DNA of 64,000 bases. It comes from an uncultured Chloroflexia bacterium. Lineage in GTDB: Bacteria; Chloroflexota; Anaerolineae; CG2-30-64-16. The stretch is from NCBI GenBank assembly GCA_963810095.1, contig CAWEMM010000009.1:448001-512000 (forward strand). The letters are read 5' to 3'. Of the stretch, positions 1-9,611 are shown piece by piece. The notes below the pieces were generated by a model that did no database searches, was not told the origin of the DNA, and saw only the letters and a list, made by a program, of their open reading frames with translations. The stretch's first letter is position 1; each line of letters starts with the position of its first letter. The translations under genes and the position numbers were made by a program.

Positions 1-39
1 GGCGAGCTGCAGAAGCTGTTGTCTCAGCTACGCGGCTAG
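1..39 (+). CDS. 3' end of an upstream gene (partial)
   Basis: Open frame GELQKLLSQLRG ending in TAG at 37-39, followed by a palindromic repeat. Confidence 0.5.
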   Translation, partial: GELQKLLSQLRG

Positions 40-42
40 GCG

Positions 43-93
43 AGAAACCAGGTTTCGCCTCGGCTGAGCCGAGGGTGCAGAAACCCGGTTTCT
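43..93. repeat. REP-like palindrome doublet (AGAAACCxGGTTTC units flanking a small hairpin)
   Basis: agaaaccaggtttcg 43-57 and agaaacccggtttct 79-93 flank hairpin cctcggc-tga-gccgagg 58-74. Confidence 0.65.
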
Positions 94-116
94 GACGCAC
101 GCAAGAGGAGGTTTTT

Positions 117-867
117 ATGGCGGAATCTCTCAACGGGAAGGTGGCGGTCATCACGGGCGTGGGCTCCGGGTTCGGGAAGGCCACAGCCGAGTTGTTCGCC
201 AGCAAGGACCAGGCCGGCCTGGTGCTGATCGACAGAAACGAGACAGCCCTCGCCGAAACCGCGGAGTGCTGCAAGGTCGCCGGCTCGAAGGTCGTGGCGA
301 TTCAGGCGGACGTGACGAAGCCGGAAACTTTTGAGAAGGCGCTGGCCGCAGCGCTGGACAACTGGGGCAAGGTGGATTTCCTCATCAACTACGCCGGGCG
401 GTGCGCTCAAGGTGGCGCCCATCGAGGAGATGGATGATGAGATCAACCGCAAGATCATCGACCTGAACCTCACCAGCGTGATCATGAGCTGCCGGACCTT
501 CACCCCCCAATTCAAGAAGCAGGGTTTCGGCAAGATCATCAACGTCTCCAGCGCCTGCGACCGCCGGTGCTGGCAGGGTTGGTCGGTCTACTCGGCCGCC
601 AAGGCCGCGGTGAACACGTTCACCAAGTGCCTGTACACGGAGCTCCGGCCGCACGGCGTTGCCGTCATGTTGCTCGTGCCCGGCGGCTCGAACACCGGCT
701 TCCAGGCGGCTGCAGAGGGCGTGGGCAAGTTCGACTGGGACGAAGAGCTGGCCGTCCGGCCCGAGCACTTCGCCGACATGGTGTACCAGGCCTGCGCGCT
801 CAGCAAAGGCGGCTGCGTGGTCGAGATGCTCGTCTATGGGCTGGCCCAGGATGTGAGCGGCTTCTAG
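117..867 (+). CDS. SDR family NAD(P)-dependent oxidoreductase (frameshift near 397)
   Basis: TGVGSGFG Rossmann motif in ORF 117..437; YSAAK catalytic motif in ORF 331..867; GAGGAGG RBS. Confidence 0.9.
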
Positions 868-1032
868 CCAACGCGGAACCAGGAGGCGCGCTCGCCGGCA
901 GACCACCCGTCCAAGCCTTGCCTCCACAGTGCGAGCTCCACTCTATCGCGGTTAGCGGGGATCGTCCCCGAGCAGTTGAGCGCCCAACCCGGCGCTCGAA
1001 AAGGTCTCTCAGCAAGACAGGAGGAGTCTCAA

Positions 1033-3183
1033 GTGAAGAAGCAGTTGTTCACCCTGTTGGGCGTGCTGGTCGTGATCAGCATGCTCCTCACGGCCTGCGG
1101 CGGCGCTGCGCCAGCGCCCGCGGCCGCCCCGACCGAGGCCCCGAAGGCCGCGCCGACCGCGGCCCCGGCCCCCACCGAGGCCCCGAAGGTCGAGGCCACG
1201 ACCGCCCCCGCGCCTGCGGCCGGCGAACTGAAGCCGGCGACGGACAAGCCGATGAAGATTGCGTTCTTCGTGTCTGACATGACGAACGTGTTCCACCAGG
1301 GTCAGGCGACCGAAGCGCAGAAGTACGCCAAGGATAAGTACGGGGCCGAGGTGTTCATCTTCGATGGCAAGTCCGACTCGGCGACGATGACGGCGAACGT
1401 GGATCAGATCATGGCCCAGGGCATGGATGCGGCGACGCTGCACATCTGGGACTATGAGACGGTCAAGCCGGCGGTCGAGGAGATGCTGAAGAAGGGCATC
1501 GTGCTGACGTCGTTCTTCAGCCCGTTGGGCGACAGCGGCATCCCGGTTGCGCGCTCGGACGAGAAGGGTGTCTCGTTTGAGATGGGTGCGCAGATGGCGA
1601 AGGAGTGGAAGGCGGCGCATCCCGACAAGCCGATCGTGATGATGCAGTTGGGTTGGCCGAACCACACCGAGGTGAAGTCGGGTCGTACGGATCCGTTCGT
1701 AGCGGGCGTGAAGTCGGTGGACCCGACGGCGACGGACCTGGGCTGCCAGGATGCGTCGAAGGGTGCGGATGCGGCGAAGCAGATCATCAAGGACATCGTG
1801 ACGCAGCATCCGGAAGTCAACCTGATCTACTCGGAAGCGTCGAACCTGACGGTTGGGACGATGGCCGGGCTGACCGAGGCGGGCCGCGGCAAGTACGCCG
1901 ATGGCAAGCCGCTGACGGAAATCGTGGCGTCGGTGGACTTCGACGAGTCGGAGTACAAGCAGGTCTACGACCCGAACAGCTCGCTGAAGTACTCGATGGG
2001 TCTGCCGCCCATCGAGACGGGCCAGGGCCGCATCGACCTGATCATGGACGTCGCCGCAGGCAAGCTGCCGATGGCCTCGCAGCCGGCTGCGGAAGAATTC
2101 TACAAGGCTTACAACGTCAACCACCTGACCATGCCGCAGGCGGATGCAGCCGCCTGGCTGAACAAGCAGTTCGGCACCAGCATCGCCGCACCTGCGGCTG
2201 CCGCACCTATGGCTGGCGACTTCAAGCCGGCGACGGACAAGCCGATGAAGATTGCGTTCTTCGTGTCTGACATGACGAACGTGTTCCACCAGGGCCAGGC
2301 GACCGAAGCGCAGAAGTACGCCAAGGATAAGTACGGGGCCGAGGTGTTCATCTTCGATGGCAAGTCCGATTCGGCGACGATGACGGCGAACGTGGATCAG
2401 ATCATGGCCCAGGGCATGGATGCGGCGACGCTGCACATCTGGGACTATGAGACGGTCAAGCCAGCGGTCGAGGAGATGCTGAAGAAGGGCATCGTGCTGA
2501 CGTCGTTCTTCAGCCCGTTGGGCGACAGCGGCATCCCGGTTGCGCGCTCGGACGAGAAGGGTGTCTCGTTCGAGATGGGTGCGCAGATGGCGAAGGAGTG
2601 GAAGGCGGCGCATCCCGACAAGCCGATCGTGATGATGCAGTTGGGTTGGCCGAACCACACCGAGGTGAAGTCGGGTCGTACGGATCCGTTCGTAGCGGGC
2701 GTGAAGTCGGTGGACCCGACGGCGACGGACCTGGGCTGCCAGGATGCGTCGAAGGGTGCGGATGCGGCGAAGCAGATCATCAAGGACATCGTGACGCAGC
2801 ATCCGGAAGTCAACCTGATCTACTCGGAAGCGTCGAACCTGACGGTTGGGACGATGGCCGGGCTGACCGAAGCGGGCCGCGGCAAGTACGCCGATGGCAA
2901 GCCGCTGACGGAAATCGTGGCGTCGGTGGACTTCGACGAGTCGGAGTACAAGCAGGTCTACGACCCGAACAGCTCGCTGAAGTACTCGATGGGTCTGCCG
3001 CCCATCGAGACGGGCCAGGGCCGCATCGACCTGATCATGGACGTCGCCGCAGGCAAGCTGCCGATGGCCTCGCAGCCGGCCTCGGAGGAGTTCTACAAGG
3101 CTTACAACGTCAACCACCTGACCATGCCGCAGGCGGATGCAGCCGCCTGGCTGAACAAGCAGTTCGGCACCAACATCAAGTAA
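1033..3183 (+). CDS. Sugar ABC transporter substrate-binding lipoprotein with two tandem RbsB-like domains
   Basis: GGAGGAG RBS then GTG; lipobox LLTAC; PTEAP linker; two copies of a ~315 aa binding domain; followed by ATPase and permeases. Confidence 0.9.
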   Translation: MKKQLFTLLGVLVVISMLLTACGGAAPAPAAAPTEAPKAAPTAAPAPTEAPKVEATTAPAPAAGELKPATDKPMKIAFFVSDMTNVFHQGQATEAQKYAKDKYGAEVFIFDGKSDSATMTANVDQIMAQGMDAATLHIWDYETVKPAVEEMLKKGIVLTSFFSPLGDSGIPVARSDEKGVSFEMGAQMAKEWKAAHPDKPIVMMQLGWPNHTEVKSGRTDPFVAGVKSVDPTATDLGCQDASKGADAAKQIIKDIVTQHPEVNLIYSEASNLTVGTMAGLTEAGRGKYADGKPLTEIVASVDFDESEYKQVYDPNSSLKYSMGLPPIETGQGRIDLIMDVAAGKLPMASQPAAEEFYKAYNVNHLTMPQADAAAWLNKQFGTSIAAPAAAAPMAGDFKPATDKPMKIAFFVSDMTNVFHQGQATEAQKYAKDKYGAEVFIFDGKSDSATMTANVDQIMAQGMDAATLHIWDYETVKPAVEEMLKKGIVLTSFFSPLGDSGIPVARSDEKGVSFEMGAQMAKEWKAAHPDKPIVMMQLGWPNHTEVKSGRTDPFVAGVKSVDPTATDLGCQDASKGADAAKQIIKDIVTQHPEVNLIYSEASNLTVGTMAGLTEAGRGKYADGKPLTEIVASVDFDESEYKQVYDPNSSLKYSMGLPPIETGQGRIDLIMDVAAGKLPMASQPASEEFYKAYNVNHLTMPQADAAAWLNKQFGTNIK
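1231..3177 (+). repeat. Intragenic direct repeat, copies 1231-2184 and 2224-3177 (offset 993 nt)
   Basis: Copies differ at about ten positions, nearly all synonymous. Confidence 0.95.
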
Positions 3184-3200
3184 CGACCAGTTAGCACGCT

Positions 3201-3297
3201 TTGCCACGGAGAGCACAGAGGGCGCAGACGCGGCTGAGAGCGCAGCAACTCTCTGCCTCTCGCCCACCCTCTGAGACCTTTGTGATCTCTGTGGCAA
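3201..3297. repeat. CACAGAG-type periodic inverted repeat, possible mRNA stabiliser or terminator after the binding-protein gene
   Basis: ttgccacggagagcacagagg pairs imperfectly with cctttgtgatctctgtggcaa; 9-nt periodic units. Confidence 0.7.
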
Positions 3298-3328
3298 CCT
3301 TGCATCCTGTCCCGGGAGGGGGCTTGGC

Positions 3329-4892
3329 ATGGAACTGACTGATAGTGGCTCGGGACGAGACAACGTTCTCGAAATTCGGGACCTGGTCAAGGAATTCCCC
3401 AGCGTGCGGGCGGTCAACAGTGTCAGTTTTGACATCAAGCGGAATACCGTTCACTGCCTCGTTGGCGAGAACGGCGCAGGGAAGAGTACGCTGATCAAGA
3501 TTCTGACAGGCGCATACCAGCGCACCAGCGGCAAGATCCTGCTGAACGGCGAAGAGTATGCGGCGGCCAGCACGAAGGAAGCCAAAGAGAAGGGCATCAG
3601 CACCCTGTTCCAGGAACTGAACGTGGTCGACCAGCTGACCGTGGAAGAAAATCTGACGCTGGGCATGGAGGACACCCGATTTGGGTTCCTGCGGAAGACC
3701 GACAAGATCAACAAGATCGTCAGCGTGATGAACAGCCTCGAGCCGTCCATCCGTCCGCAGCAGCTGGTTGCCGAGCTCAGCGTTGCGAAGAAGCAGATCG
3801 TGGAGATCGCCAAAGCGGTCGCCACCGAGTCGGACATTATCATCATGGACGAGCCGACCGCCGCCTTGTCCGAGGGCGAAATCGCCCGGCTCTTCAAGAT
3901 CATCCGCGGCTTGCGCGAACGCAATGTCACCGTGGTCTACATCTCGCACCGGCTCGACGAGATCTTCGAGCTCGGCGACTACGTCACGGTCATGCGCGAC
4001 GGCCGGCACATCGACACCAAGCCCATCTCCCAGGTCAAGGACCGGTCGGAGCTGATCAAGATGATGATCGGCCACACCGTCTTCGAGCAGTACACGCCGC
4101 GCATGCGGGACTGCGACGACCTGATCCTCGAGGTGCGCCACCTCTCCAATCACAAGCTCCAGGACGTCTCGTTCAGAGGTGCCCAAGGGCGAGATCGCCG
4201 GGTTCTACGGCCTGGTGGGTGCGGGCAAAACCGAGTTGGCCCGGGCCATTTACGGCGCGGACCCGTATACCGGGGACATCATTTTCAAGGGCAAAAAGCT
4301 GCCGCAGTCGCCCGACCGTGTTATCGAGGCGGGCATCGCATTGGTGCCCGAGGAGCGGCGCTCGCAGGGCCTCTTCACGTTGCTGACCATCCGGGGCAAC
4401 GTTCCGGTCATGAATATGAAGAAGATCTCGCGCGGCGGCTTCGTCAGCGGAGCCCACGAGCGCGAGGTCACGCTCGAATATATCGACAAGCTCAGGATTG
4501 CCACCAGCAGCATCGAGAAGGAAGCCGCGCAACTGTCGGGCGGCAACCAGCAGAAGGTGGTGCTCTCTAAGTGTCTTTTCGCCGATGCCGACCTGCTCAT
4601 GCTGGACGAACCCACCCGCGGCATCGACGTGGGCGCAAAGAGCGAGATCTACAGCATCATCCGCCAGCTTGCCGCCGACGGCAAGTCAATCCTGATCTTC
4701 TCCTCGGAGCTCCCCGAGGTCATGAACATCTGCGATACGATCTACCTGCTGTATGACGGGAGCCTAAAGGAGACGATTCGCAACGGCTGCGACGTCGACA
4801 GTGAGATGATCATGCATGCGGTGTCCGGCGTGGCAGACGCGGATGGCACGGCCACAGCTGCCGGCGCCATCAGGGCGACGGAGGGAGAATGA
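3329..4892 (+). CDS. Sugar ABC transporter ATP-binding protein, RbsA type (frameshift near 4175)
   Basis: Walker A GENGAGKS, DEPT, ISHR; second domain LSGGNQQK and DEPTRGIDVGAK in ORF 4179..4892. Confidence 0.92.
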
Positions 4893-5923
4893 GCGTCCAA
4901 ACAACTACGCCCGCGCAGAAGGCGCGTGCGACCAGCCGGATGAGCAACGAGACGTTCATCACGCTCTTCATGGCCGGCGTGCTCCTGGTCGTGTTCCTGG
5001 TGGCGTGTCTCTTCGTGCCAAACTTCTTCACCCCGAAGAACATCGTCAACATCCTGACGAACAACTGGTACATCGTCATTATCGGCATCGGCGTAACGTT
5101 CCTCCTGATCACGGGCAACTTCGACATGTCGGTGGGCGGAGTCATCGCCTTGACCGGCGTACTGTCCGTGTGGTTCGTCCAGGGGGTGAACGTCTCGCGC
5201 AACGTACTGGCGAACGGCCTGGGCCTGCCCTACCCGGTCGCCATTGCGCTCGCCCTGCTGTGTGCGATGGGCGTCGGTGGCCTCAATGCGTTCTTCATCG
5301 CGAAACTTAAGGTGCCCTCCATTATCGTCACCCTGGGCACCGCGATGCTCGCCCGGGGCACTGCCCAGGTCATTACCCAGGGCGCACAGCGCAACACGAG
5401 CCTGCCTGACATTTTCGGGGTCGTCGGCAACGCCGCGATCCCCGGCACGACCGTGAAGGTTTCCGTGCTGATTATGATTGCCCTGATGATCGCGGCCTAC
5501 ATCTTCGAGCGCAGGACGGTGCCCGGCCGGCGGACGTACCAGATTGGCGCCAACCCGGAGGCCGCCCGGCTGTCCGGCATCAAGGTGACGCGGCAGCTCA
5601 CGCTGCTGTACATCCTGAGCGCGCTGCTCGCCGGCATCACCGGCATCCTCCTGACGTCCGAATACAAAGCCGGCCTGTCGAGCCGCGCCGTGGGCTACGA
5701 GTTCGACGCCCTGGTCGTGACGCTGCTGGGCGGCGTCAGCATCGCAGGCGGCTTTGGATCGGTGCTCGGCATGTTCGTCGGCGCAATCCTGCTCTCGGTG
5801 ATGACGACCGCCGCCACGGGCCTGCTGCTCTCGCCCGACTGGCAGTTCACGCTGAAGGCCCTCGTGACCTTTGCCGCAATTCTGGCGCAGCGGTGGGCAC
5901 TTGATCGCCGCAGCAGGGGCTAA
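4889..5923 (+). CDS. Sugar ABC transporter permease, RbsC type
   Basis: Hydrophobic helices; GNFDMSVG; IGANPEAARLSG; LGGVSIAGGFG. Confidence 0.92.
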   Translation: MSVQTTTPAQKARATSRMSNETFITLFMAGVLLVVFLVACLFVPNFFTPKNIVNILTNNWYIVIIGIGVTFLLITGNFDMSVGGVIALTGVLSVWFVQGVNVSRNVLANGLGLPYPVAIALALLCAMGVGGLNAFFIAKLKVPSIIVTLGTAMLARGTAQVITQGAQRNTSLPDIFGVVGNAAIPGTTVKVSVLIMIALMIAAYIFERRTVPGRRTYQIGANPEAARLSGIKVTRQLTLLYILSALLAGITGILLTSEYKAGLSSRAVGYEFDALVVTLLGGVSIAGGFGSVLGMFVGAILLSVMTTAATGLLLSPDWQFTLKALVTFAAILAQRWALDRRSRG

Positions 5924-6018
5924 AGGCGTAGCTGAGCGCCCCACCGGGTAACGGCCGAGCGGCTAGCCCGCCTGGTGCGCTCCGCAAGTGTGGGCGGACG
6001 AACGAAAGGGAGATACTC

Positions 6019-7063
6019 ATGACAACAAGCCAAGTGTCGATGCGTAAGACTCAGGGTCAGAACGACCGGTCAGACGCTTTGCGTTCGGCAGTGAAGAAAT
6101 ACTATATCTACGCGGTCCTGCTGGTTATCGTGATCGTCTTTAGCCTGGCCAAGGTAAACACAGTGGGGTTGTTCGGCCGCGGCGCCTTCCTTAGCCCCGA
6201 CAGCGTCATCAACATGCTGCGCATCTCGGCCCCGATCCTTACCTTAAGCGGCGCGTTCACCCTGCTGATGATCTCCGGCTACATCGACCTCTCCGTCGGC
6301 AGCGCGATGAGCCTCGCCGCTGTCGTGTTCAGCTTGCTGATCCTCAACCGGGTGCCTTTCATCCTGGCCGTTGCCGCGACCCTGGTTGTCGGCATCGGGA
6401 TGGGCTTGCTGAACGGGTTCAACGTGATGAAGCTGCGGATCACCCCCGTTATCGCGACGCTGGTCACGCTCAATCTCTTCAAGGGCATCGCACTGCTGAT
6501 CGTACCGGACGGCACCTCGGCCATCAAGAGCACGGCGGTGCAGAAAATGCCCGCGATGATTAACTACTATGCCCGGCAACCCGTGATTCTCGGTCTGCCG
6601 CTGGCCTTCTTCGTCGCTATCGCCGTGATCGTCGGGCTGGTCATCGTCCAGCGGAAGACCATCCTGGGCAAATATGCCGCGGCGATTGGCGGCAACCGCA
6701 TGGCAGCGGAATTGTCGGGCATCAGCCCCGTCAAGTACGTCTGGATCCTCTACGTGATCGTTGGGTTATTCGCCGCCGCAGCGGGCGTCGCGCCGCGCCA
6801 GTTACATGTCGCTCGGCGATCCACTCTCCGGTGATGGCATGGAGACGGACTGCATCATCGCCGTGCTGCTTGGTGGCACGTCCTTCGCCGGCGGGGAGGG
6901 CTCGGTCGCCAAAACCATGGTGGCGGCCCTGATCCTCATGTGCGTCACGACAGGCCTGATGACGGTGATTCCCGCCTATTGGCAGACTGTGGCCAAGGGC
7001 AGCGTCCTGGTGTTCGCCGTCGTGCTGAACCACGTACTCGTGCGGCGGCGGGTGTCGGCATAA
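6019..7063 (+). CDS. Second sugar ABC transporter permease (frameshift near 6790)
   Basis: GYIDLSVG; IGGNRMAAELSG; LGGTSFAGGEG in ORF 6761..7063. Confidence 0.9.
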
Positions 7064-7168
7064 GTGCAAGCAGAGCCCGGGTGACGCGGATGGACACGAT
7101 TCACCTGTTGGCCGATCATCCTCTCCACTTGCGCCTTTTGCAGCCGGTTTAACGAGAAGGGGCTTCCA

Positions 7169-8455
7169 ATGGTCAACGCTCAGGAACGAAATGCGCTGCG
7201 CTCGCTGGCCGAGCGGTGGATGGAGCACGCGGCGAATCCCGTCATGGCGGAGCGCCGTAGGTTGTGGCGGGCCGTGAAGGATCTGCGGATGGAGCGGCCC
7301 GTGATCCTCGTCGAGACGTGCATGCTGGCCGACTATATCGGGCAGGACGAACTGGTTTGCCGCGATCCCTATCTGCGCAACGTCGAGAAGTCCATGTTCG
7401 AACTCGTACGGCACGCAGATGAGATCGGCGACGACTTCATCCTGGACCCGTACTTCCGCATCCCCTGGGATATCCAGCTGTCGGACTACGGCGTGCCGCT
7501 GGCGGCCCACCACGCTGCTGCCACGGATGGCAGCGACGTCGGCTATGCCTACGACTTCGCGGTGCAGTCGGACGAGGACATCGACGGGCTGCACCTGCGC
7601 ACCCGCTGCGTGGATCGGGAGCTGAGCTACAGGCGCCTCGAACTGCTCCAGGACATCTTTGGCGACATCCTGCCGGTGCGCCTGGGCGGCTATGATTGGT
7701 TCAACACCGACCCGGGCTACCAGCAGTGGTTGGGCAATCTCTACTCCGGCCTGACCATGGACCTGTTCAAGATGATCGGCAACAAGAACCTCCTCTACTG
7801 GGTCTACGATCATCCCGACCGCATTCACCGCATCATGCAGCTGATCCACGACGACCGCGCGGGCCATTTCGCTTTTCTCGAGCGTGAGGGGTTGCTCTAT
7901 CAGAACACCGACACCTGGATGCCTTGTCCAGGCAGCTACGGGTTCGTCTCCGACCTGCCCGACGTACCGGGGCAGGATGGGCCGGTGGCACACGACGTGC
8001 AGCTCAAGGACTGCTGGGTCTGGCTCGAGGCGCAGGAATGCCAGCCAATCTCGCCGAAGATGTTCAACGAGATCTTCCTGCCCTATATCGCGGACGTGGC
8101 GAAGCCGTTCGGCCTGGCCTACTGGGGCTGCTGCGAGCAGGTGCACGACCGGTTCGAATACATCGCAAAGGCCGTTCCCAACCTACGCGGCGTGAGCGTC
8201 TCGGGCTGGAGCAACCCCTGGAAGACGGCCGAGTTGCTGGGGCAGAAGTACGTTTACTCGCGGAAGCCGACGCCGGCCTACATCAGCGGCCCGAATCCGC
8301 AATGGGACCTGGTCGAGAAAGACCTGGCCGACACGCTGACTGCGGCCCGCGACTGCAACCTCGAGCTCTGTTTCCGGGATATCTACACCGTCGACGGCGA
8401 CAGGTCACGCCTGCGCCGGTGGGTGGACATGGCCCGGGCCATGATGAATGGATAG
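7169..8455 (+). CDS. Uroporphyrinogen decarboxylase / MtaA-CmuA-like fold protein of unknown function
   Basis: ISPKMFNEIFLPY, YWGCCE and YSRKP motifs typical of URO-D-like hypothetical proteins. Confidence 0.65.
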   Translation: MVNAQERNALRSLAERWMEHAANPVMAERRRLWRAVKDLRMERPVILVETCMLADYIGQDELVCRDPYLRNVEKSMFELVRHADEIGDDFILDPYFRIPWDIQLSDYGVPLAAHHAAATDGSDVGYAYDFAVQSDEDIDGLHLRTRCVDRELSYRRLELLQDIFGDILPVRLGGYDWFNTDPGYQQWLGNLYSGLTMDLFKMIGNKNLLYWVYDHPDRIHRIMQLIHDDRAGHFAFLEREGLLYQNTDTWMPCPGSYGFVSDLPDVPGQDGPVAHDVQLKDCWVWLEAQECQPISPKMFNEIFLPYIADVAKPFGLAYWGCCEQVHDRFEYIAKAVPNLRGVSVSGWSNPWKTAELLGQKYVYSRKPTPAYISGPNPQWDLVEKDLADTLTAARDCNLELCFRDIYTVDGDRSRLRRWVDMARAMMNG

Positions 8456-8552
8456 CGCACGCGCCAAGCCCGAGTGACGGACTCGGGATGCAGTCCCGTG
8501 GGAGGCCAACGCCTGCCACCGGGACACTGCACTTCCAGCCGAAGGGGGTTCC

Positions 8553-9428
8553 ATGTCCGAGTCAATCCCGCACCTGGCGGGCGACGTCCTGGTGGGTTTG
8601 TACGAGAAAGCGCTGCCGACCGAGTGGCCGTGGGAGCAGCGCCTCGAAACGGCTGCGCGGGCCGGCTACCGGTACATGGAGATATCCATTGACGAGACGG
8701 ACGCCCGGCTCGCCCGCCTGGACAACCCGGTCGAGCAGCGCGAAATCCGCAAGGCCGTCGAGAGCTCTGGCACGCCCCTGTTGACCATGTGCCTGAGCGC
8801 ACACCGGCGGTTTCCGCTCGGCAGCGCAGATCCGGCGCTGCGGGCGCGGGGTTTTGACATCCTTCGCCGTTCCATCGACCTGGCCCTTTTCACAGGCGTG
8901 CGGATTATCCAGGTGGGCGGCTACGACGTCTTCTACGAGCCTCATACGGCCGAGACCGTCGCGCGCTGCATCGAAGGTCTGCACATCGCGACGGAGTGGG
9001 CCGGAAGCGCCGGCGTGATGTTGGCGCTCGAGAACGTCGACGTGGCCCTGACCGCCTCTCTGCGCGATAGCATGAAGCTTGTGGTCGAGATGGACTCGCC
9101 CTGGTTCCAGTTGTACCCCGATATGGCGAACGTGACTGCGGCGGGGTTTGACCCCTGCAGCGAGTTGATGTTGTGCGTGGGACACCTCGCCGCAATCCAC
9201 GTTAAGGACGGCCGGCCCGGAGCAATCCGGGGCGTCCCCTTTGGAGCCGGCGCGGTGCCGTTTGACGACGTCTTCCGCACGCTGCGCAACGCGGGGTTTC
9301 GCGGCCCAATGACGGTGGAGATGTGGGCGCAGTACGCGGCTGACCCGGTGGATGCCGCTCACCTGGCGCGCGCCTTTGTGCAAGACCTCCTGGACCGGCA
9401 CTATGGTGAATATCAGGACGCCCGATAG
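8553..9428 (+). CDS. ulaE: L-xylulose-5-P / L-ribulose-5-P 3-epimerase (UlaE/SgbU family)
   Basis: GLYEKALP, MEISIDETDARLARL, MCLSAHRRFPLGS, GYDVFYE, HVKD, VEMW. Confidence 0.9.
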   Translation: MSESIPHLAGDVLVGLYEKALPTEWPWEQRLETAARAGYRYMEISIDETDARLARLDNPVEQREIRKAVESSGTPLLTMCLSAHRRFPLGSADPALRARGFDILRRSIDLALFTGVRIIQVGGYDVFYEPHTAETVARCIEGLHIATEWAGSAGVMLALENVDVALTASLRDSMKLVVEMDSPWFQLYPDMANVTAAGFDPCSELMLCVGHLAAIHVKDGRPGAIRGVPFGAGAVPFDDVFRTLRNAGFRGPMTVEMWAQYAADPVDAAHLARAFVQDLLDRHYGEYQDAR

Positions 9429-9536
9429 GGGGATTCTGCCACCCAGAAGTACGAAGACGTGTTCGAGATCTACGAGCAGATCTATCCGGCCCTGCGACCG
9501 GTCAATCAGCAGCGGTATGCCAGGCTTGTCGGATGA
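9429..9536 (+). pseudogene. Relic C-terminus of an FGGY-family sugar kinase
   Basis: Translates GDSATQKYEDVFEIYEQIYPALRPVNQQRYARLVG*, resembling the C-terminal helix of the downstream kinase; no start codon. Confidence 0.6.
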
Positions 9537-9611
9537 TGGTGCGCTAACCACGAACGTCTGACTAATAAGCGTCCATTTCCAGACCGGGACGCCGCTGGAG
9601 GAGACATTGGC

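Noticed and set aside
1231-3177. Duplication as an assembly artefact
   Set aside because: Differences are concentrated at synonymous positions and the linker is unique and in frame
1009-3438. Long antisense ORFs (e.g. 1009..3438, 8562..10268, 50634..52712, 58089..59597)
   Set aside because: Shadow frames of high-GC genes with strong codon bias; Arg/His-rich with no recognisable motifs
9426-9536. TAG read-through (pyrrolysine) extending UlaE, since the kinase-like fragment is in frame after the stop
   Set aside because: UlaE is already full length, no pyl genes are visible, and in-frame placement has a one-in-three chance
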